Source: an uncultured bacterium
Lineage (GTDB): Bacteria; Chloroflexota; UBA5177; JANWHV01
Length of the DNA: 13,626 nt
Direction: 5' to 3'
Assembly (NCBI GenBank): GCA_963729625.1
Contig: CAVSOU010000006.1
Coordinates: 1-13,626 of the forward strand
Both the position numbers and the translations under genes were made by a program. Of the stretch, positions 1-6,811 are shown piece by piece. The first letter of the stretch is position 1; each line of letters begins with the position of its first letter. The notes under the pieces are model-generated. The model saw only the letters and a program-made list of their open reading frames with translations, did no database searches and had not been told where the DNA came from.

Positions 1-185
1 CGTTGCACACAAATTGGCGCGCGGGCCACTTGCCGGTCGTCTGCCGGACCGTGCCCCGCACTCTGCGGCCGATCGTTGGACAGCGCCGCGCATGGCAAGT
101 GGGCGCTCCGAGCCAACGTGCGCCAGGGGGACGTGGCCATAACCTGAAGTCGGTCGAGATCTTGTCACCGAAGCTGGGACACTGC

Positions 186-1187
186 CTACAACCTGCCGGC
201 GGCCTTCAGCACGTACAACGCGTTGACGGACACGAAAGGGTTTTGCTGCGTCCTGCCGCCCGGTCCCCAGTCTGCGAAGCTGCCACGGCTCGTTATCATT
301 GGCGAATGCGCGCAGGTCCTGATCTCCAGCGGGAAGCCCCCATCCGGCAACTGCTTTGCGGCAAGCAGGTCGAGGGCGGCACCACATCGCGGATCGCCGA
401 GCATGCCGCATTCCGCCATGACCGTGAGCGCGAAGAGGACGTCGTAGAACTGGATCGGGTACTGAATGGCAGCTATCTCCCTGCCCCAGTCTGGGCGAAT
501 GAGGGCGCCGTCGTGCACGCGATACAGGAGCCGTCTGCGCAAGAGATACTCTGCGGCCCGTTCCGCACAGGCCAAAGCCGGGCCACTTCCATAAATGCGG
601 CCATAGTGCCAGAGTGCGCGCAGAGGGATGAGGGTCTCCTGCACCGAGGAGGTGCGCGCCTGCGGCCGCTTATCACAGTTCCAGCCGCCATCAGGCCACT
701 GCCAAGCCACCAACCGCCGGGCGAGGTCGTGGATCCGCTCATCGGCGAGTCCCAGCTTCATCGTGTACCAGAGCGCATTGCCCTCCTGGGACGCGCACCG
801 ACGCACTCGGTCCTGCTGGCCAGCAAGAACGAGGGTGCTGGGGAAACGCAGGTGCGCGGGCGCAAACAGCCAGGCCCATATCTGGTCGTGCAGAGGCACC
901 AACGCCTCGTTGTCACTCTCCGGATAGGCGATCAGAGCCAGGCTGTACAGGGTCCAGTGCGGACCCTGCCACTTCTTGTACGGATGGGTACGGATGGTGC
1001 CGTCCGCCTGCCGGTGGCCGAGCAACCGGCGCGCCATCTCGCAGGTCCGGATTGCCTCGCGCAGCCGCACCATCGGTGGAGAGGCAGGCGGCTCGTCGAG
1101 GAGCAGATATCGCGTGCGGAAGGCCACAACTGGATTGGCGGATGCGCCCAGTTGGGATATCAGCCGTTCTATCGTCGCGCTGCGCAT
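186..1187 (-). CDS. Prenyltransferase/squalene-cyclase QW-repeat (alpha/alpha toroid) family hypothetical protein
   Basis: 333-aa intact ORF with three QW-like repeats (RQADGTI, QWPDGGWNC, KQLPDGGF) separated by helical segments. No DxDD cyclase motif seen. Confidence 0.75.
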   Translation of the reverse strand: MRSATIERLISQLGASANPVVAFRTRYLLLDEPPASPPMVRLREAIRTCEMARRLLGHRQADGTIRTHPYKKWQGPHWTLYSLALIAYPESDNEALVPLHDQIWAWLFAPAHLRFPSTLVLAGQQDRVRRCASQEGNALWYTMKLGLADERIHDLARRLVAWQWPDGGWNCDKRPQARTSSVQETLIPLRALWHYGRIYGSGPALACAERAAEYLLRRRLLYRVHDGALIRPDWGREIAAIQYPIQFYDVLFALTVMAECGMLGDPRCGAALDLLAAKQLPDGGFPLEIRTCAHSPMITSRGSFADWGPGGRTQQNPFVSVNALYVLKAAGRL

Positions 1188-1312
1188 ACCGGTCCACTTC
1201 CCACCTGGGGGTCACAGGGCGCTCGCCACTCCCCCGATTGCGTCTTCACCGACTATCTTCCTCAGGCGGACGCGTCAAGAAGAGGGGCGCCGTGGATATG
1301 CGTGGTGTCCCA

Positions 1313-1981
1313 TCAGGCGGCACCCTTCCGCACAAGATATACGCCCGTCGTCCCGCCCGCAGCGACCCTGGCGTCGGCGACGCGGAGGTGCGCGGCGTCA
1401 AAGAGCGGCGGTAGCCCGCGCTGGGCGATGAAGTGCCGGTAGTGCGCGAAATGCTGGCGGCCGCCGATGATCAGCTCCAGGGCCAGGATGAGGCCTTCGT
1501 AAATCCACCCGGTGGGGAGCGCGTACGGGCCGGCACGGAAGTCGGCGACGACGATCGCGCCGTCCTCGCGCACCACGCGCGCGCACTCGTCGAGCACGGC
1601 CCCGCGCAGCCTGGCCGGCAGCTCATGGAGGACCAGCACGACGTTGACCAGATCGAAGGTGCCGCTGGCGAAGCTGGTCTGCGCCGCGCTCTCCCGGCGG
1701 AGATCGGCATCTTGGCCCAGCTTCCTCCTGGCGAGTGCGAGCATGGCGGGCGACGTGTCCACGCCGGCGACCGGGCAGCCGGCCCGCTGGTAGACGGCCA
1801 GTTGGGTGCCGGTGCCGCAGCCCATGTCTAGGACACGCAGCCCAGGTCGGGGCGGACACAGGGCATAGCCGATGGCTCTATTCCTTCCGGCGGCGGGTTC
1901 GACGAGCCGATCGTACCACCGGCCCACCTTCCTGTACGGGTCACGGTCCAGTGCGGCAGTCGGCTGGGATCCGGCAGGCAC
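1313..1981 (-). CDS. Class I SAM-dependent methyltransferase (UbiE/Methyltransf_11/25-like); start uncertain
   Basis: Motif I VLDMGCGTG, followed by GVDTSPAML, FDLV and LHEL; N-terminal 'PYRKVGRWYDRLVEP'. The GTG at 1981 is the nearest common start codon, but the frame stays open up to the ATG at 2359. Confidence 0.85.
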   Translation of the reverse strand: MPAGSQPTAALDRDPYRKVGRWYDRLVEPAAGRNRAIGYALCPPRPGLRVLDMGCGTGTQLAVYQRAGCPVAGVDTSPAMLALARRKLGQDADLRRESAAQTSFASGTFDLVNVVLVLHELPARLRGAVLDECARVVREDGAIVVADFRAGPYALPTGWIYEGLILALELIIGGRQHFAHYRHFIAQRGLPPLFDAAHLRVADARVAAGGTTGVYLVRKGAA

Positions 1982-2112
1982 GGCCTCGGCGCGTCGGCGT
2001 GAGTGACTCACGGAATCTCTCCCGAATCGGGCGGCGTTACTGCGCACGCTCTCGGGTTGCTGGACGCTGGCTGGTTCAAGAGCGCCGCGTTCGCGCCTGA
2101 CTCTAGGAGTAC

Positions 2113-2470
2113 TGTAAGGCACCGGCCTCAACCGTGCAACAGAGTCGCCCGCGGCTACGGTGACGTGCGGCACCCGGCTGCCGAACTGCTCCAGCGCCGC
2201 ATAGCCGCCTGTCACAAAGCGGGGCTTCCAATAATTGAACGTGCGCCGACCCACGTGGGCCACCTGACAGGCCTGCGCCACGCTGCCCGTCGCCTGCCTG
2301 GTCTCGAACAACAACCGCCGTTGGGACGGCGTGGTGAGCGGGAAATAGGTGCGTGCCATGGCGTCCGCCTTGCGCTACGCCAGGAACAATCGTGGGTGCT
2401 CCGCCTGGCCCGGTCAGCACGGCACAGAAGCCCCCGCGATGCAACCTGTTTCTGCCCAAAACACACTACA
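2113..2470 (-). mobile_element. Truncated insertion-sequence remnant (IS481/IS630-like HTH; TGT-type end)
   Basis: Transposase-type HTH fragment at 2165-2359. The minus strand reads TGTAGTGTGTTTTGGGCAG from 2470, resembling an IS481-type TGT terminus. A weak facing TGTAAGG starts at 2113 on the plus strand. No target-site duplication is visible. Confidence 0.5.
2165..2359 (-). pseudogene. Transposase-associated helix-turn-helix N-terminal fragment
   Basis: MARTYFPLTTPSQRRLLFET...GSVAQACQVAHVGRRTFNYWKPRFVTGGYAALEQFGSRVPH fits the 'SVAxAC...GRxTFYxWxxRF..GG..AL...SRxPH' pattern of IS481/IS630-like HTH domains. The resemblance ends after SRVPH. Confidence 0.7.
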
Positions 2471-2717
2471 TCCATAAGGGAGTCAGCGCTCGGCTCTGGG
2501 CAGCTTCATCCGGCTCCGCTTTGGCAGAGGCCATCCACAAACACGCTCGTGACGTTGGGCCGTGCAGGAACTCGCGTCTCGCACATTATCCACCGACGTG
2601 CTAGGGTAGAGTCTGGTCTCGCGCTCCCCGGCTTCGGGTATGGACCATCAACCCGGGGTGGGGTAGAGCCATCGTTCCCGCAGCAGGCAGAGTGTACCAG
2701 AAGGAGGAAGACAGGCG

Positions 2718-3158
2718 ATGTCCTTGATCATGACCCGTGACGAGCGGGAAGCGTTTCTGGCAGCGCTGCATGTCGGCGTGATCAGTATCGAGCAGCAAGA
2801 CCGTGCGCCGCTCGCAGTGCCGGTCTGGTACAGCTACATTCCGGGCGGCGAGCTGCACCTGACCACGTTTGGGGACTCACGCAAGGCGCAGGCGCTGCGT
2901 GCTGCAGGCAGGTTCAGCCTTTGCGCGCAAGCCGAGGCGTTTCCCTACGCGTACGTGTCGGTGGAGGGCGAGGTGTTGGCGATAGAGGCAGTGGATGTCG
3001 AGCGCGATCTGCGCCCACTTGCACGGCGCTACCTGGGGACTGAGGGTGGTGACAAGTATGTAGCCGAGAATGGAGGCAGCGACGCGGGCAAGGGCCTTAT
3101 TCTCGTGCGTATGCGTCCACAGCACTGGTTGTCGACAGACTACGCGAAGGCTGTTTGA
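2718..3158 (+). CDS. Pyridoxamine 5'-phosphate oxidase-like (PPOX split-barrel, FMN/F420-binding) protein
   Basis: 146 aa: MTRDEREAFLA...GVISI...PLAVPVWY...SRKAQALRAAGRFSLC...YVSVEG...LARRYLG. Strong AAGGAGG RBS at 2701-2707. Confidence 0.9.
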   Translation: MSLIMTRDEREAFLAALHVGVISIEQQDRAPLAVPVWYSYIPGGELHLTTFGDSRKAQALRAAGRFSLCAQAEAFPYAYVSVEGEVLAIEAVDVERDLRPLARRYLGTEGGDKYVAENGGSDAGKGLILVRMRPQHWLSTDYAKAV

Positions 3159-3273
3159 GGAAACACGATCGCTATCTTTGTCGCGGCAAACGAGTACGCG
3201 GATGCGGCTCATGGCGGTCCCCGTGGCGCAGATGCGCCGTGAAGTCAGGGATGATCGAGCAGGGGAGGGGATG

Positions 3274-4190
3274 ATGGCAGAGAACGGCACGGTGACGGTC
3301 ATTGGTCTTGGACTGATGGGTTCGGCTGTGGCACATGCCTTCTTGCGCGCCGGGCACGACCTCACGGTGTGGAACCGAACGCCGGAACGAGCGGCGCGGT
3401 TCCAGGGTCTCGCACGGATCGCAACCGACGTGCGGGAGGCGTGTGCCGCGAGCGACACCATCGTGGTCTGCGTGCGCGATTATGAAGTGAGCAACGCCCT
3501 CCTGCACACCGCTGCCGTCGAGGAAGTCACGAGTGGCAAGGCACTGGTGCAGTTGACCACCGGGACGGCCGCCGACGCCCGTGCCAGTGCAGCTTGGGCC
3601 AGGCAGCACGGTCTTGCCTACCTCGATGGGGCGATCTTGGCCGGTCCTGGCGACATCGGCGGGGAAACGTCCTCGATCCTCTGTGCTGGCGAGGCGACTG
3701 TATACGAAGAGCACCGAACGCTACTGGGCGCCCTTGGGCAGACGACCCATTGCGGCGAGGAGATCGGCGCGGCAGCGACACTGGACATGGCATTCTGCGA
3801 GGTGGGGATGCCCAGATCGCGGCGCTCCTTCATGGCGCCGCACTCTGCGCAGCTGAGTTGGTCCCGTTGGATCTTTACTTTGGCATTGTCAACCCCTCTG
3901 CAGAATTGCTCGCCTCGTGCACGCTCGATGGTCCAGCCGACGAGCGCCCGCCAGCTACGGCAGCGTCGGCCGCGCAGGCCATGGCGCGGCCGCGCAAATA
4001 TCGTGAAGCCGTTGATGCCAGCATGAACATCTGGGCAGCGGGAGCCGAGCACCTCGTCCAGGCAAGTCGAGAAGCAGGTATAGATAGCCGGATCCAGGAG
4101 GCGACGCTCGCGTGCTTCAGGAAGGCTGTTGACCGCGGACATGGCTTGCACGATTTGCCGGCGCTCTACGAGGCGTTCGTGCGCGAGTGA
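3274..4190 (+). CDS. NAD(P)-dependent oxidoreductase, imine reductase / beta-hydroxyacid dehydrogenase family (one apparent frameshift near 3804-3807)
   Basis: VTVIGLGLMG, VWNRT, YLDGAI and GAAATLDMA in ORF 3070..4026. The C-terminal helical domain (ALLHGAAL...GHGLHDLPALYE) continues in ORF 3594..4190. Adding one G to the GGGG run joins them. GGAG RBS at 3264-3267. Confidence 0.85.
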
Positions 4191-4194
4191 ATCG

Positions 4195-4237
4195 AGGACC
4201 ATCGTTGGAGTCTGAGCGTCCATCGCGGGTCCTTTTT
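4195..4237 (+). terminator. Probable intrinsic terminator
   Basis: AGGACC..CG.TGGA / TCCA.CG..GGTCCT interrupted stem followed by a T run, starting just after the stop at 4190. Confidence 0.5.
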
Positions 4238-4298
4238 CACTGATGAAACGGAGTTTGCGCTTGCTCGCGCGAAGCCGGCGCAGCAAAAGAGGTGCAGC

Positions 4299-5491
4299 AT
4301 GAAGGTGGTGATCCTGGGCGGAACCGGGGGCGTGGGTCAGGCGGCTGCGCGCCTGCTCGTGGCAAGCCCCGACGTGGACGAGGTGCAGGTTGCCGGCCGC
4401 ACCCAGGCGAGAGCGGACGACGTGGCAGCTGGGCTGGGTCCCAAGGCTTCCGGTGTGGCCGTTGATGTGCGGCACCACGACCGTCTGGTGGAGATTGCAT
4501 CCCGTGCCGATGTGCTGGTCAATACGGCGGGACCCGACTTTGAGATGCAGCTTCCCGCCGTCAAGGCAGCGATCGCGGCCGGCGTCAATTACGCCGACAT
4601 CGCCGCGGACGGCCGTGCGACCGATGAGGTGCTTGCCCTCGACGGCGAGATGCGTGTCAAGCGTAGAACGGCGCTGATTGGAGTGGGAGCCGCTCCCGGG
4701 TTGACGAACCTGCTCGCGATACAGGCTCTGCGGCGACTCGACGTGGTCAGCGACATCCACTTCGGGTACCTGTGGGGAAGCTTGGCTGGTTGGCGTGATG
4801 CCGGGGCCACGGCGGCTGCATGGCGCGTCTCCGGCAGCGTGAACGCTTCATGGCAGACGGTGATGGCGTTTGTGCGGGGTCCGGTGCGGATCTATCGCGA
4901 CGGGCAGCCCCAGACGGTCGACCCATTCACCCATGGAGTGACGGTTACCTGGCCGACCGGCGAGTCGCTGGTCGCCTATCCGGTGGACAGCGCCGAGACC
5001 CGCACGCTGCCGTTGCATCTTCCCGGAGCGCTGTCGTTCACCAGCCTGGTGTCGTTGTGGCCCCGCGGCTCAATGAGTTGTGGAGGGAGCAGAGCAGTCA
5101 CATGCTGGTTGGGATCATGGGCCCGGCAGAAGCGGCACAGGCACTGTACGAGGCTGTCGCCGCGCGGCCGGGGCACTGGCTTGCCAATGCCGGCCAGGAG
5201 CCGGAGCAGCTCGTGTGGTTGATTGCTCGCGGCCAGTCCGGCGGACGGCCCGCCCGCTATGCCTGCTGGCCACGGCGCTGGTTCTATTCGACGACAGAAA
5301 GTCTCCTCGCGGTGGCCACTCTGGCGATGGTGCGTGGTGAAGTGCGAGCCAGAGGGGTGGTGCCGCCGGAGGTCGCCTTCGAACCGTCAGATGCCCTGTT
5401 TGCTACGTTGGCGGGCTTCGCAGGGACAGACGCGTCGCAAGAACCCCTGTTTGACGAGTCGATTGTGTATGAGGACAGCGTGAGCGGGTGA
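4299..5491 (+). CDS. Saccharopine dehydrogenase-like NAD(P)-binding oxidoreductase (one apparent frameshift near 5061-5064)
   Basis: MKVVILGGTGGVG, LVNTAGP, GVNYADI, GVGAAPGLTNLLA and C-terminal 'RGVVPPEVAF'. One extra C in CCCC gives WPPRLNELW and joins ORFs 4299..5222 and 4820..5491. GAGG RBS upstream. Confidence 0.85.
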
Positions 5492-5553
5492 GCGGGCGGA
5501 AAAGCGGCGTGCTGACCTGCCAGGGCGTGAGTCTCATTGGCGAGGAGGTCAGA

Positions 5554-6069
5554 ATGACTACGCGAAGTGCGCGGTTCGATGTGCATGCGCCACAGGTGGT
5601 GCCCTGGGCACCCATGCTCGACAACGTGCGGTATCTGGAGACGCTGAGTATCGGAACTGTCTGGCTTGGCGACCACTACGCCTGGGTGCCCAGTCCAAGC
5701 GATCCCGCGCTGGAAGCCTGGACTACCCTCGCGGCCCTCGCTGCCGAGACCACGCGGGTGCGTCTGGGCACGTTGATCACCAACGTGGCTCTGCGGCACC
5801 CGGCCATGCTGGCCAAGCAGGCGGCAACAGTGGACTGCATCTCGGGGGGAAGGCTCGATCTCGGCCTTGGGCCTGGCTACTTTGAGGAGGGGACTTGGGC
5901 AAGCCGTGATTCCCTTGAAGCGTTCGCTGCTCAGGAGATAGATGACATGCAGGACACGGAGGGTAGCCTATTAACATTGCGAACTGGGAGCCGCCTTCTA
6001 TCTTGCTGTGGCGGCGTGTGCGGGCTACACTTCACGCGTCGACTACCAGCGAATGAGTCTTGGCGGTAG
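5554..6069 (+). pseudogene. LLM-class (luciferase-like) flavin-dependent oxidoreductase, internally deleted or truncated
   Basis: GAGGAGG RBS and ATG at 5554. Motifs VWLGDH, EAWTTLAALAAETTRVRLGTL, RHPAMLAKQAATVD and SGGRLDLGLGPG are present. Family resemblance breaks at about 5890, after only about 112 codons of a TIM-barrel protein that is normally about 300 aa. Confidence 0.8.
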
Positions 6070-6121
6070 GCGACCGAAGAGTAGCCCCGCGTGCCGCCGG
6101 CGAATCGCTGGAGGGTAGCAG

Positions 6122-6610
6122 TTGAACGGGCGCATTGTGGCAGTTGGTCGCATCCGAGGCGTGACCCTCCTGTGCTTCGCGGCAGCATCGGTCGCCATCG
6201 GTCTGGCAGGCTGTGGCAGCAGCTCGACCAGCGGACCACGGACAACGGTCGCTCCCAGCGCGACTGCCGGTACCGTGAACCTCGCAGGCTGTGTTCCGGC
6301 GTCGACGGATGGGAATGGCGGCCCCTACCCAGCCGCCACCTCAAGCGATTGCACGCGGCAGAAGACCGTGGAGATCGACGTCGTGAACGATCCAAAGACG
6401 ATTGGCGGATTCTCGCCCAGTAACGTCCGGGTGTCTCGCGGGACCACGGTGACGTTCGTCTGGAAGTCTTCGGGCCACAATCTCAGCCCGTTCCATACCG
6501 ATATTGAAGACACAGGCTACGTGTTCCGCAAGACTTTCGATCGCGCCGGAGAGTACGACTACAATTGCCAGGTCCACCCGGGCCAGAACGGCGTGATATT
6601 CGTCCGGTAG
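6122..6610 (+). CDS. Cupredoxin (plastocyanin/amicyanin-like blue copper) lipoprotein
   Basis: GGAGG RBS and TTG start; signal peptide with LAGC lipobox (Cys codon 6212); Ser/Thr/Pro linker; then FSPSNVRVSRGTTVTF, GHN and YDYNCQVHPGQNGVIFV. Confidence 0.88.
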   Translation: MNGRIVAVGRIRGVTLLCFAAASVAIGLAGCGSSSTSGPRTTVAPSATAGTVNLAGCVPASTDGNGGPYPAATSSDCTRQKTVEIDVVNDPKTIGGFSPSNVRVSRGTTVTFVWKSSGHNLSPFHTDIEDTGYVFRKTFDRAGEYDYNCQVHPGQNGVIFVR

Positions 6611-6811
6611 CGGCAAGCGATGCAGTATTGTATGCTAACGACAGGGGCAGCTCGATCGGTCCCCGGATTCGACGACGGTGCGTGAACTATGCTCGTTCAT
6701 TAGAAGGCCGCGAGGAGAGACAGTGTCCGCGGTGTTGCCATCGGTGTGCGCGGACAAGCCACGGCGTGTTTTGACACCTGTGCCTGCCAGTGCGGGAGGT
6801 TATCCAATACT

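Noticed and set aside
3-1442. 479-aa plus-strand ORF
   Set aside because: Antisense shadow of the QW-repeat gene; no recognisable motifs and typical of high-GC DNA.
2003-2740. 245-aa plus-strand ORF across the IS remnant
   Set aside because: Antisense to the HTH fragment, Arg/Pro-rich, with no domain signature.
3618-4760. 380-aa minus-strand ORF
   Set aside because: Antisense to two well-supported oxidoreductase genes.
6070-6811. Copper-regulator operator (CsoR/CopY/CueR-type) or promoter near the cupredoxin and kinase genes
   Set aside because: I could not identify a convincing palindrome or -35/-10 pair by eye.
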